A DNA stretch of 64,000 bases from Patescibacteria group bacterium. GTDB taxonomy: Bacteria; Patescibacteriota; Minisyncoccia; Phycocordibacterales; JAKAEA01. The stretch spans positions 445,857-509,856 of the forward strand of contig JAZKCY010000001.1 in NCBI GenBank assembly GCA_040387855.1, written 5' to 3'. The position numbers were made by a program, and so were the translations under genes. Positions 1 to 9,376 of this stretch are shown piece by piece; position 1 is the first letter of the stretch, and each line of letters starts with the position of its first letter. The notes under the pieces are model-generated. The model was not told the DNA's origin and did no database searches. It saw nothing but the letters and a program-made list of their open reading frames with translations.

Positions 1-821
1 TATGTTTCTTGAGGAATCAAATGTGTAAATCGTTTGCATGATTGAGAAAAAGATTTACCTTGATGAAGATCTATATATACTGAAAGAAGCATGTGTTTAT
101 ATTGTGAGTTGAATAATGTAGTATTTGTTAGCCGAACTGCAGCATCAAGAGGCAATCCACCTTTAAGCATTACTCCTATTGATCTTGTGATACGAGCTGA
201 TTGATATAAAATAATAAAACTTTTAATACTAGGGGTTTTGAGAAATATAGAATCTTGAATTTTTTTAATGTGAGCATATTTCTTATGAAGAAATCTATAG
301 AGTACCGTGCAAAAAATACTACCTGAGAGAATATATATTCCGTAATGTACTAAAAATGTACTTAGATATATTAGAAATTGAGTCGACCAAGGCAATGCGG
401 TTTTAAATGTCCGAAATAATGGTTGGATTTTGGGGAAAATAACAAAAAGTAAAAATCCAGACAGCACCAAAGTCATACACCCTATAATAAGCGGATAGAA
501 AAGACTGGAAATAATAGTTTGTTGAAGTTTTTGTTGCTTTGCGAGTGTTTCAGATGCATAGAAAATGTTTTCTTTAAGAGTCCCGCTATGTTCCCCTGCT
601 GTAATGAGTGAATAGGTAAGTGGATCATACTTGAAATGATTTTTAAATATTTCAGATAAAGCAGTGCCTTGCTGCAACAATTGAACTGCAGTTGTCATTG
701 ATGTACGTATACGCTCAGAACCGTATTGTGCTTGAGAGGTAAAGCAGTCTTCAAGTGAAATACCTGCGCGTAATAGAATATACATCTTTTTAAGAAAAGC
801 TATTTGTTGGTTTTTATTCAT
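1..821 (-). CDS. pilC: Type II secretion system F / PilC family platform protein (3' end runs off window)
   Basis: Manual translation from ATG at 821: MNKNQQIAFLKKMYILLRAGISL...AGEHSGTL...YPLII, open to the window edge; directly follows the PilB ATPase. Confidence 0.85.
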   Translation of the reverse strand, partial: MNKNQQIAFLKKMYILLRAGISLEDCFTSQAQYGSERIRTSMTTAVQLLQQGTALSEIFKNHFKYDPLTYSLITAGEHSGTLKENIFYASETLAKQQKLQQTIISSLFYPLIIGCMTLVLSGFLLFVIFPKIQPLFRTFKTALPWSTQFLIYLSTFLVHYGIYILSGSIFCTVLYRFLHKKYAHIKKIQDSIFLKTPSIKSFIILYQSARITRSIGVMLKGGLPLDAAVRLTNTTLFNSQYKHMLLSVYIDLHQGKSFSQSCKRFTHLIPQET

Positions 822-825
822 GATT

Positions 826-1911
826 CTATTCATAGAGCACTCGCGCTAATTCTTCATGTGTAGTGATTCCTTCCGCAACTAATGTGCTTCCATTATCATG
901 CATTGGAGTCATTGCTTCACGCTCGGCAATTTTTTGAAGTTCAGCACTTGATGTTCTGTTCATAATTGCTGCACGTAAAGCATCAGTAATAACTAGTACT
1001 TCATAAATACCAATCCGTTCTTTGTAGCAGGTGAAATTACATTGTTCGCAACCGGTATTGTTTTTACAGTAAGTACATAATTTACGAACTAATCTTTGAG
1101 CAATAACGATCTCTAATGTAGAAGCAACAAGATATGGATCCACGCCCATATCAAGTAACCGTGGTAATGCCGTTACAGAATTACTCGTATGAATCGTAGA
1201 AAGTAATAGATGCCCAGTAAGTGCAGTATGCACCGCAACATGAGCTGTGTCTGAGTCTCTAATTTCACCAACCATAATGATATCCGGGTCTTGGCGAACT
1301 AGTGCACGTAAACCATTATTAAAATGCAGGTGAGGGCTTACGGGGATTTGTCGTATTCCAGGCAAGGTATATTCCACTGGGTCTTCGAGTGTAATTATTG
1401 CCTGAGTAGAGTTATTAAGCTGTTTTAAAATCGTATACAGTGTTGTGGTTTTGCCAGAACCAGTAGGTCCTGTCACCAAAATCATTCCGTGACGCTTCTT
1501 TAGTGCTCGGCTAATTTTTCCTTCATCAATCTTAGATAATCCTAGTGAAGATAAACTCTGTGCAGCAAACGTTTCTTTTAGTAATCTTATAACAGCATTT
1601 TCTCCATAAAAGGTGGGCAATAGAGAAACGCGTGCTTCTATATATAGACTTGTACTTATACTTATTCTAAGTCTGCCATCTTGAGAAGTGAGATGTTCGT
1701 CAGTTCTCAAACGAGCTCGGATCTTTATAAGTAGAATTAGTTGCTCGTGCAAAAATTTGGGAAGGGGATCTTGGGTTATAAGAATCCCGTCAACACGCAT
1801 CTGAATTTTAATATGATGTTCTGTTGGATCTATATGAATATCCGAGGCATTTTCCTCATATGCACGCTTAAAGATAGTATGGAGTACTTCAGATGCTGAC
1901 TGTTCATGCAT
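826..1911 (-). CDS. pilB: GspE/PilB family pilus assembly ATPase
   Basis: ASDIHIDP, Walker A GPTGSGKTTT, TLEDPVEY, RQDPDIIMVGEIRD, ALTGHL, CxxC pair. Confidence 0.92.
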   Translation of the reverse strand: MHEQSASEVLHTIFKRAYEENASDIHIDPTEHHIKIQMRVDGILITQDPLPKFLHEQLILLIKIRARLRTDEHLTSQDGRLRISISTSLYIEARVSLLPTFYGENAVIRLLKETFAAQSLSSLGLSKIDEGKISRALKKRHGMILVTGPTGSGKTTTLYTILKQLNNSTQAIITLEDPVEYTLPGIRQIPVSPHLHFNNGLRALVRQDPDIIMVGEIRDSDTAHVAVHTALTGHLLLSTIHTSNSVTALPRLLDMGVDPYLVASTLEIVIAQRLVRKLCTYCKNNTGCEQCNFTCYKERIGIYEVLVITDALRAAIMNRTSSAELQKIAEREAMTPMHDNGSTLVAEGITTHEELARVLYE

Positions 1912-1975
1912 AAAAAAACTTTACCTCAACTGAGATAAAGTTTTCTTAAAGATTTCTACAAATAAATCTAAAGTT

Positions 1976-2434
1976 TTATGCGAAGAGACTTTCTACAACT
2001 TCTTTGATGTCAGATCCTTCAGCAGCTGTGCCTTTCAATTCTTTTGCAACAGCACCAATAAGCATTCCCATTTTTGCTTTGTCTGTAATTCCAAGTTCTG
2101 CCTTCTTTGCTTCTGCTACTTTCTTGATTTCTTCCTTTGGCATTGCAGCAGGGAGGTATGTTTCTAGAATTGCGAGCTCTGCTTTTTCATCTGCAGCAAG
2201 ATCTTCTCGTCCTCCTTCTACGAACTGAGCGATTGAATCTTTTCGCTGCTTTACCTGGCGCTTAATAACAGTAAGTACTTCTTCATCACTCAATTCTGCC
2301 TGAGGTGTTCGGCCGATAGTAACGAGCTCGTTTGTCATTGCTGCAGAGATTCCCTTAAGAACATTTGTCTTAACTGGGTCCTTTGCGAGCATGGCGGTCT
2401 TAATGCCTGCCTTAATATCTGTTTGAAGTGACAT
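1976..2434 (-). CDS. GatB/YqeY domain protein
   Basis: KQRKDSIAQF..GGREDLA..EKAEL.IL..YLP signature; start taken at MSLQ (ORF track starts at 2443). Confidence 0.9.
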   Translation of the reverse strand: MSLQTDIKAGIKTAMLAKDPVKTNVLKGISAAMTNELVTIGRTPQAELSDEEVLTVIKRQVKQRKDSIAQFVEGGREDLAADEKAELAILETYLPAAMPKEEIKKVAEAKKAELGITDKAKMGMLIGAVAKELKGTAAEGSDIKEVVESLFA

Positions 2435-2577
2435 ATATATCAATAATTAATGTGGGATTACTATAGCACGTTTTTTGAATTGAGACAGGTGTAGGTATCA
2501 ATTCAAGAGGCTTTTTAAAGCTCAGCTTGACATATTCAGATTAAGTTGTAATATGTGAAATACTTAAAAATAAATAT

Positions 2578-3696
2578 ATGAAACGATATCACTGGACGGG
2601 AGTTATTGGGCTACTTATTGTCATTGTGTTTCTGCTTGCTACAGCTTTAAAACTAAGCAATCCGACAAGTGAATCAGTTCATATAAATGTAGCTACTATT
2701 GTTACCTATTCATTGTGGATTTGTTTTGGGATTTTCTTAATAGTGAATTATTTTAAAGAGAGAGAATTAGAAGAAAAAGGTGTGATTATACCTGTTCCTG
2801 AACTATCTTCTATAGAAGATAAGGAACAACTAAAAATAAAGAGAAATAGAATATTGGGCTATGTAATGATAGTTGAAATCATTTCATCTGTAAGTTCATT
2901 TATACTAAACGATTACTTAGCGGGATTAACGCTTATTAATATTCTTGTTACGTTTGATTTAATTATTAATATTATATTTGTATTCGTTGTAGTTGAGATT
3001 TTTAGACATAAAGATGTTTCAAAATTGCTCAAGTATACTGTGATTATTTACACTGTGGGTGCTGTAATACTTGGCTCTCTGCGAAGTGATTGGATTTTAA
3101 TTGTTTCTCAGATTTTATTTGGTGGGTATTTTATTTTTGCATTATCGGCTCCTCTCAATCGAAAAAATCACAGAATCGCTCACAAAATTATTCTGCCAGC
3201 TATTATAATTATTATGGTTGCATTGGGCACATATGAAGCAGGCAGAATTATGGGAATGTGGAAGAATCAAAATAAGTTAGATAAAGAATTTGCAAACGCG
3301 AATACAGATGCTGGGACAGCATATACAGCATTTATTCAAAGTCAAAATCCTAATCTTGTTGAAATTGAACGTATACGTGATGCTATGAATCGCCGAAATG
3401 AAAGACTTGAAAATCTTGCTGTAGCAACAATTGAACTCCGTGAAGAATACAATAAGCAATCTAAGAGTGAACAACAGCAATTAGCGCTAAAAAATATCAC
3501 TATTATACTTTCTCTTATTGATCTCAATAGAAAACAGGGTAATGTACTTATTGAATTTATGGACTACTGTGAAGGAATTGATTTACAGAATATTTCTGAA
3601 GAAGAAGGTACTATTATTGGTGGTTATATGACAGGAATTGAATCACTAAATAGTGAAATTCGGGATACTGCTCTAAAGCTTGATTTAAAGAAGTAG
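2578..3696 (+). CDS. Hypothetical multi-pass membrane protein with C-terminal helical domain
   Basis: 372-aa ORF with several hydrophobic segments; TTGACA..TAATAT promoter-like sequence upstream. Confidence 0.7.
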   Translation: MKRYHWTGVIGLLIVIVFLLATALKLSNPTSESVHINVATIVTYSLWICFGIFLIVNYFKERELEEKGVIIPVPELSSIEDKEQLKIKRNRILGYVMIVEIISSVSSFILNDYLAGLTLINILVTFDLIINIIFVFVVVEIFRHKDVSKLLKYTVIIYTVGAVILGSLRSDWILIVSQILFGGYFIFALSAPLNRKNHRIAHKIILPAIIIIMVALGTYEAGRIMGMWKNQNKLDKEFANANTDAGTAYTAFIQSQNPNLVEIERIRDAMNRRNERLENLAVATIELREEYNKQSKSEQQQLALKNITIILSLIDLNRKQGNVLIEFMDYCEGIDLQNISEEEGTIIGGYMTGIESLNSEIRDTALKLDLKK

Positions 3697-3713
3697 TTTT
3701 AATTCAAACACAA

Positions 3714-4595
3714 TTACTTATTAAACATATTTCCCAAATATGTATCGATTTCTCGTTGATCGAGATCGTAGAAAGATTTATTTTCTGTCTTTAATTTAGT
3801 AGCCAATTCTATTCCTACAAAGCGCCAGTGCCATGGTTCGTACACGTAGAACTTATTGTTGGGAGGATATGAAAGTGTGAATCCATATTTGTGAGCATTT
3901 TCTTTCATCCAGGTAAAAGCATCTGTCTTATCAAAACTAGTTACTAAACCGCCGTTTACTTTTGGACTCGTAAAATCCAGTGTGGTTCCTAGTTGATGTT
4001 CTGAGTATCCTTGATCTGCAGAAAATGCATTTGCTCCAGATCCGTATCGGACAGTGTAACTAGATTTCAAAGATTTTTGCTCATCAAAAGATCGGTAGGC
4101 AGACGCAACTTTAATTGTTACATCTGCTTGCTCAGCATCTGTGAGCATCTTTTGGAGAAAGGGAAGCACTTGATAGAGAATCCCTACTTGATAGGTTCGT
4201 TTTTGATCGGTGAGATATTTTGTATCAATAGGAGCAATATCTGCTGGTTCATAATTTTCGTTCAAGAAAAATACTTTTGAATATTTAGCGAGGAGTTGCG
4301 TATCAAGCTGTCGAAGCCATTCAAGCTTATCCGCTTTTTGAGTTACCGCATTAAGCTGGGTAGCAAATGCTGTGTTTTTACTTGCTGCTTCATTTAATGC
4401 ATTTACCAAATCAAGCTTTTCTTTTTCAGATCGATCGAGACGGGCCTGAAGATCTGTGGTTGATGCCTGTAAATTCTCAATAATTTTTTTATCAGAATTG
4501 TTTGTGTCGCGATTTGTTGAATATTTATAACTTCCAAATAATGTAGCCCCTCCTAATGCGAGCACTAAAAGTGCAATAAATAAATATTTTTTCAC
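3714..4595 (-). CDS. M15B D-Ala-D-Ala carboxypeptidase (VanY-like) with N-terminal anchor and coiled coil
   Basis: SAYRS, SEHQLGTTLD (SxHxxGxxxD) and EPWHWRF motifs. Confidence 0.9.
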   Translation of the reverse strand: MKKYLFIALLVLALGGATLFGSYKYSTNRDTNNSDKKIIENLQASTTDLQARLDRSEKEKLDLVNALNEAASKNTAFATQLNAVTQKADKLEWLRQLDTQLLAKYSKVFFLNENYEPADIAPIDTKYLTDQKRTYQVGILYQVLPFLQKMLTDAEQADVTIKVASAYRSFDEQKSLKSSYTVRYGSGANAFSADQGYSEHQLGTTLDFTSPKVNGGLVTSFDKTDAFTWMKENAHKYGFTLSYPPNNKFYVYEPWHWRFVGIELATKLKTENKSFYDLDQREIDTYLGNMFNK

Positions 4596-4681
4596 AGAGC
4601 AATTATATCATGGGTTTAGTTTGAGATAAAAAACTAGTATAAAAAAACCGATCGTTAACACGAGCGGCGGGCTTTGTGGTG

Positions 4682-4828
4682 TTACCTCTCACTTTTCTGA
4701 GGGGTGTGAGCTTCTCGTTCCATACGATCGGCTCGTGAGTTCGCTAGAAGGGCAACGAAACCGGTTATACATGCAATCATCAGTAACCGGAGTAGGTTAA
4801 GCTTCCAGCGGGGAATTGGACAGTCCAA
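4682..4828 (-). CDS. Small (48 aa) putative membrane peptide, absent from the ORF track
   Basis: TTG start with GGAG 8 nt upstream; MDCPIPRWKLNLLRLLMIACITGFVALLANSRADRMEREAHTPQKSER*; promoter at 4870-4897 and hairpin plus T-tract at about 4641-4667. Confidence 0.55.
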   Translation of the reverse strand: MDCPIPRWKLNLLRLLMIACITGFVALLANSRADRMEREAHTPQKSER

Positions 4829-4869
4829 AGGTAGTGCTCCAAAAGATATGGTGAACTAGGGCGACATGC

Positions 4870-4897
4870 ATTATGACATGCTCTGTGTATAAGTCAA
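4870..4897 (-). promoter_or_regulatory. sigma70-type promoter
   Basis: TTGACT-16nt-CATAAT with extended TG. Confidence 0.6.
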
Positions 4898-4926
4898 ATC
4901 AATGTGTGTATAAAAAAACCGTCGTG

Positions 4927-5535
4927 CTAGACGATCGGAATGAATGTGGAACTGGCGAATTGGTGGTCGTCGGTGAACTCGAGTATCACTGATTCGCCGC
5001 AACCAATGAGTGCCCGAAACGGCATCTCGCTCCATGCGTGTTCAGCGAAGCTCACGAGGGGGTTGTGACTGACCAACAGGGCTGTTTCTTCTAAGCCCAA
5101 GCCTTCCACAACCTTCTTTGATCCCTCGTGTACTCGCAAGATGCAGTTGTCGATGAGCCTCGGCCACATTCTCCGAAGATCAGTTGGAGTAAGCATTGGA
5201 GCGGTGAGCATCGGTCTGTCACCCAGCCACGTGGCGTACTCGTGATCCCATTCGTCGGGGTCACAAGGATCTAAGCTCTCGTTTGGGGTACGTACTGCAC
5301 CGACCTTAAGCCCAAGTGTGTGCACCAGAATCTCCATCGAATCAACTGCCCGAGGGTAGGTGGAACAATGAACTTCTGTGATACAGCCCCAAAGCTTGAG
5401 TCCTTGTGCAGCACGCATCATCTTAAGTCGACCAGGGTTGGTAAGCGGAGCATCGCGCTGCCACACCCCATACTTCCGAACATCAGGCTGGAATTCAGCC
5501 TGACCACATCTCATGACGATGAGATACTTTGACAT
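4927..5535 (-). CDS. Histidine phosphatase (PGAM/SixA)-like protein with RHG changed to RCG
   Basis: LIVMRCGQ, APLTNPG, STYPRAVDS, LLVSHNP; GC-richer than flanks; AGGAG SD. Confidence 0.7.
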   Translation of the reverse strand: MSKYLIVMRCGQAEFQPDVRKYGVWQRDAPLTNPGRLKMMRAAQGLKLWGCITEVHCSTYPRAVDSMEILVHTLGLKVGAVRTPNESLDPCDPDEWDHEYATWLGDRPMLTAPMLTPTDLRRMWPRLIDNCILRVHEGSKKVVEGLGLEETALLVSHNPLVSFAEHAWSEMPFRALIGCGESVILEFTDDHQFASSTFIPIV

Positions 5536-5586
5536 TGGTTCAGTTCTCCTGCACGGGTTTATCGTTCTGACACTGTGTCCTCCAGG

Positions 5587-5615
5587 AATATACTCATAAA
5601 TCTGAGGCTAGTCAA
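5587..5615 (-). promoter_or_regulatory. sigma70-type promoter
   Basis: TTGACT-17nt-TATATT. Confidence 0.6.
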
Positions 5616-5634
5616 CGTATGTTATACTATTTTT

Positions 5635-6726
5635 ATGACTACGATTCTTATAGTTTTAATTATTGTATTAACTGCAATTTTGGGGGCAATGGTTGCTGTT
5701 ATTTTGAATTTAATGAAACGGCAGGATGAACCAAAAGAAGATATTGGAGTAAAACTATTGCTCGAGCAAATTAATGAATTAAACAGGACTGTAGACGGCA
5801 AAATGAGCGATTTGTCTCGCACTATGGACTTTAAAATTACTGAATCTGGCAAAATGATGAATGAATCCGTGCGTATGCAATTTACTGAATCTTCAAAACT
5901 AATTCAGAATGTGACTTCAGGACTCACAAAGCTCGATGAAACCAATAGACAAGTAGTTTCCTTTGCGGATCAACTTCAAAGTTTGTCAGATATATTGAAA
6001 AATCCAAAACAACGAGGGATTTTAGGTGAATATTATTTAGAGACTCTTTTAAAGAACGTGTTGCCACCAGGAAGCTTTCAAATGCAATATGGCTTTACGG
6101 ATGGCACTATTGTCGATGCTGCGGTGTTTGTGAAAGACAAAGTAATCCCAGTAGATTCTAAGTTTTCACTTGAAAACTATAATAGATTGGTTGAAACAAA
6201 AGATGAATTAGAACGAGATAGGCTTGAAAAAGTATTTGTGAGTGATTTGAAGAAAAGAATAGAAGAAACCTCAAAATATATTCAGCCCAAAGAAGGAACT
6301 ATGGATTTTGCATTCATGTTTATTCCTCATGAAGCTATCTACTATGATTTGCTCACAAATAGAATTGGTGTATTAAAAGAAGAATCTGAAAATTTAATCC
6401 AGAGAGCAGCAAGTAAGTATCACGTAATTATAGTTTCCCCAACAAGCTTTTTGGCATATTTACAGACAGTATTGCAAGGATTGAAAGCACTTCAGATTGA
6501 AGAATCAGTAAAGGGTATTATTAAAAATGTGGGTGAGCTTCAAAAGCATTTAAAGACATACGAGGAATATCATGGAAAGATGGGAAATGCATTGGGAACT
6601 GTCGTAAGTCACTTTAATAATTCTCATAAAGAATTTAAAAAGATAGATAAAGATATCTTAAGAATTTCAGGTGAGTCGCTTCAGATAGAAGCTCTTACAC
6701 TCGATAAGCCAGAAATGGAGGAATAA
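5635..6726 (+). CDS. rmuC: DNA recombination protein RmuC
   Basis: N-terminal TM and coiled coil, KQRGILGEYYLE, VDSKF, DFAFMFIPHE, VSPTS. Confidence 0.92.
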   Translation: MTTILIVLIIVLTAILGAMVAVILNLMKRQDEPKEDIGVKLLLEQINELNRTVDGKMSDLSRTMDFKITESGKMMNESVRMQFTESSKLIQNVTSGLTKLDETNRQVVSFADQLQSLSDILKNPKQRGILGEYYLETLLKNVLPPGSFQMQYGFTDGTIVDAAVFVKDKVIPVDSKFSLENYNRLVETKDELERDRLEKVFVSDLKKRIEETSKYIQPKEGTMDFAFMFIPHEAIYYDLLTNRIGVLKEESENLIQRAASKYHVIIVSPTSFLAYLQTVLQGLKALQIEESVKGIIKNVGELQKHLKTYEEYHGKMGNALGTVVSHFNNSHKEFKKIDKDILRISGESLQIEALTLDKPEMEE

Positions 6727-6791
6727 AAAAAGCGTACACCAAAGTGTAGCGCTATCCCATTTTGTTTGTACAATATCTTGCTCTTGATGGG

Positions 6792-7691
6792 TTACCAGAG
6801 CTTGATGGTGAGGCCGACGCCGATTGCACCGTCGAACTCCCTCGAGTCCGACATGCTGGTGATGGGCGTGCCCATCTTCCACACGGGGAGATCCAGCGTG
6901 ATGCTGTCGGAGAGCTTCCACGCGACCCCGCCGCTGTAGAACAGCATGAGGCCCGAATCGAATCCGTAGAAGCCAGGGTCAGCTAGCACCGCGAGCCGGT
7001 GCTGAAAGCTGACGCTCTCGTTGACCTGCCAGATGTGGTTGACCCCCACCTGGACCTGGCCCTCGAACCCTTCGTTGGTCGCGTTCGCGGACAGGTAGGC
7101 CTCGGGCTTCAGGAAGGGCTTGATCGTGTGGCCGTTGCCCAGATCGAGATCTAGGCTCAGCTCGCCGTACATGTAGATCAAGTCGCCCTTGGTCCCGCTT
7201 AGAAGCCGGGGGGCGGCGAGATCGAAGTACGACACGCCAACGTTCACGTTGACGTCACGTACTTTGCCGACCCACCCGAGGGTGTAGTCGACCTCGTCCC
7301 CGAAATTGGAGTTGAGGTTGGCGTCGTCGAGCCCGGCGGAGTGCCAGAGATCGATGTAGACGCCGTTAGGGAACGTCACGAACACGTCGGACTGCAGCAC
7401 CGGATCGGTGTGGTAGACCGATCCGTTTGCCCCGTAGTACTGAGACCACAGACGGGTCGTCAGCACGACGGACGGGTGAGGGGCCCCTTTGAACACCTCA
7501 TCCGGCTTCCGCGGTTCGTCGGCCTTCTTCGGCGCGACGGTGGGGTCGGTGTGCTCATGCACTCCGCCGCCAGTCGACTTCTCGGTCTTGATCTGCTCGA
7601 ACCGCTCGAGCCCGTCGTTCTGGTTGCCGTTGCAACCCAACAGGAACGACAGGCCGAGCACCAACGCCGCAACGTACATTCGCGTACGCAT
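6792..7691 (-). CDS. GC-rich putative beta-barrel protein (TIGR02001/Gcw_chp-like) with lipobox
   Basis: Signal peptide ending LLG|C, PVLQSD, DEVDYTLGW, alternating amphipathic strands, C-terminal VGLTIKLW. Confidence 0.6.
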   Translation of the reverse strand: MRTRMYVAALVLGLSFLLGCNGNQNDGLERFEQIKTEKSTGGGVHEHTDPTVAPKKADEPRKPDEVFKGAPHPSVVLTTRLWSQYYGANGSVYHTDPVLQSDVFVTFPNGVYIDLWHSAGLDDANLNSNFGDEVDYTLGWVGKVRDVNVNVGVSYFDLAAPRLLSGTKGDLIYMYGELSLDLDLGNGHTIKPFLKPEAYLSANATNEGFEGQVQVGVNHIWQVNESVSFQHRLAVLADPGFYGFDSGLMLFYSGGVAWKLSDSITLDLPVWKMGTPITSMSDSREFDGAIGVGLTIKLW

Positions 7692-7756
7692 AAACGATAC
7701 CTTCTCCCCACAAATGGGGCTTCCGAAACCATAGGGACATTACAAATCCGTTTGTG

Positions 7757-7785
7757 AAACTAACATAAATCTATAGATGAGTCAA
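7757..7785 (-). promoter_or_regulatory. sigma70-type promoter
   Basis: TTGACT-17nt-TAGTTT with extended TG. Confidence 0.5.
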
Positions 7786-7917
7786 TAGTGCCATTCCCAT
7801 ATACGAAAAGGCCCACACAATCTAATGTGTGGCCTCTATTCCTTTCTTTTGTAAAAGGTTGTTTATTGAAACGAAAGAACGATGTAGTGCGTTGAACTTA
7901 CTAGGTTTCTTCTCTTC

Positions 7918-8475
7918 TTAGGCTTTTTCCATCGAGCGCCTGGCGCACAAGGCGAGGACTGTGAAGAATAGGATAGCCACAGCTCCGATCACGAGTACCC
8001 TAACTTGTACGGATGTCAAAATGACCTGAGTGCCGATGACGCTGGTGAGTAGGGTAAGCGGGACGACGAGTCCTGCCACCAACATCATCTTTCCAACTAA
8101 GCTCACGATCTTCATATCGTCTCCACGCGGGAATCCTCCGAGGAAGGTTCCTAACGTGAGGAATCCGAGCATGAGGCCGTAGTGGCCTGATGTGCGGATG
8201 AACATCTCCCACTGATAGTCGTACTGACCGACTATCCATGGAATGAAGACATGCAGAGCTGTGAAGACAAAGAATGTGCCATATAGGGCTTTCATCATCT
8301 TCGAGATAGCGGGGCGCATTCTCATCATCAGAGTGCTCGGCTGGCTTGCTTTTGACTCGGTTTCCTCAGCCGGTTTGAGCATGGCTCTTGTAGCAATTGC
8401 TGCTAGAACTAGCAGAAACGCCATAAAGGCCAAGCCGACGGTCATCGCCATCAAATTCTGATGCTCCTGACTCAT
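7918..8475 (-). CDS. Hypothetical membrane protein (about 5 TM), GC-rich cassette
   Basis: 185-aa hydrophobic ORF with GGGAG SD, own promoter and terminator. Confidence 0.7.
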   Translation of the reverse strand: MSQEHQNLMAMTVGLAFMAFLLVLAAIATRAMLKPAEETESKASQPSTLMMRMRPAISKMMKALYGTFFVFTALHVFIPWIVGQYDYQWEMFIRTSGHYGLMLGFLTLGTFLGGFPRGDDMKIVSLVGKMMLVAGLVVPLTLLTSVIGTQVILTSVQVRVLVIGAVAILFFTVLALCARRSMEKA

Positions 8476-8532
8476 TGCAAACTCCCATAAATGTGTGAGA
8501 ACGAGAAAATCATTGTGAACTGACTATTGTTG

Positions 8533-8561
8533 ATTATATCATATTTTACATAATGAGTCAA
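8533..8561 (-). promoter_or_regulatory. Near-consensus sigma70 promoter
   Basis: TTGACT-17nt-TATAAT with extended TG. Confidence 0.75.
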
Positions 8562-8639
8562 GCGTGATAAATCTTGCTCTTTAATTGATTCAAGATCAAT
8601 ACTTGCGTTTTTATTGAAAATAAGTACAATAGTATCACT

Positions 8640-8954
8640 ATGGAATTTGCAGTAATTCAAACCGGCGGTAAGCAATATAAAGTCTCAGCCGGAGACACTA
8701 TTACCATTGAGAAGCTCATTGGTGATTTTAAGGCGGGTGATACGATTACTTTTAACGACGTACTCCTCACTGATTCTGGTTCTGACACAAAGTTTGGTTC
8801 ACCATTTATTGGCGGAGCAAAGGTTGTAGGGGAGCTTGTACAAATTGGACGAGCACAGAAAGTAACAGTTATTAAATACAAGCAGAAGAGTCGATACTTC
8901 AAGAAAAACGGCCATCGACAGCCATTCTTTAAAGTAAAAATCTCATCAATCTAA
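8640..8954 (+). CDS. rplU: 50S ribosomal protein L21
   Basis: FAVIQTGGKQYKV...KKNGHRQPF. Confidence 0.97.
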   Translation: MEFAVIQTGGKQYKVSAGDTITIEKLIGDFKAGDTITFNDVLLTDSGSDTKFGSPFIGGAKVVGELVQIGRAQKVTVIKYKQKSRYFKKNGHRQPFFKVKISSI

Positions 8955-9086
8955 TTAACAAAAGGCCGCTGTAGAGCGGTTTTTTGTTGAGCTATATATT
9001 GACTTTTTCATATAAACGTGTAAAATAGTACGCTGTCGTTGCGAAATGCACGAAGTGTTCTTTTGTTCTTTCTCGGAGTGTTCGGA

Positions 9087-9323
9087 ATGGTGTCTTCCCC
9101 TCAACCAATGACTGGATCAGACAAACAAAGGTTGGTACGAGAGTACCAGCACGAGCGGCTCAATGAGCTGAGTCTCCAGTCCATCATCAATGACGAGAAT
9201 TCGTCTGCGGCGGAAGTTGCGGCTGCTCGAGAGGTGCTACACAGCATTGAGCAGCAGCAGCAGAACTACCAGAACCATGTCGCGCGGCGGCAGGATCTAC
9301 AAATCGTCATTGACGATTCATAA
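9087..9323 (+). CDS. Hypothetical small helical protein, GC-rich cassette
   Basis: ATG at 9087 after GGAG; promoter TTGACT-16-TAAAAT at 8999-9026; long hairpin at about 9335-9370. Confidence 0.6.
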   Translation: MVSSPQPMTGSDKQRLVREYQHERLNELSLQSIINDENSSAAEVAAAREVLHSIEQQQQNYQNHVARRQDLQIVIDDS

Positions 9324-9376
9324 CGCCAAACGAAGCGCCACGGAGCGTTCGAGCAATCGAACCTCTGTGGCAATTT

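Noticed and set aside
4757-4790. CTGATGA (minus) and CGAAA (plus) near an inverted repeat as a hammerhead
   Set aside because: The two core elements are on opposite strands, and the region is better explained by the 48-aa ORF
6667-7757. Overlapping alternative-frame ORFs over the GC-rich barrel gene (similarly 49095-49496, 49573-50073, 55744-56524)
   Set aside because: Shadow ORFs expected from stop-poor GC-rich DNA; no SD or promoter and no recognisable motifs
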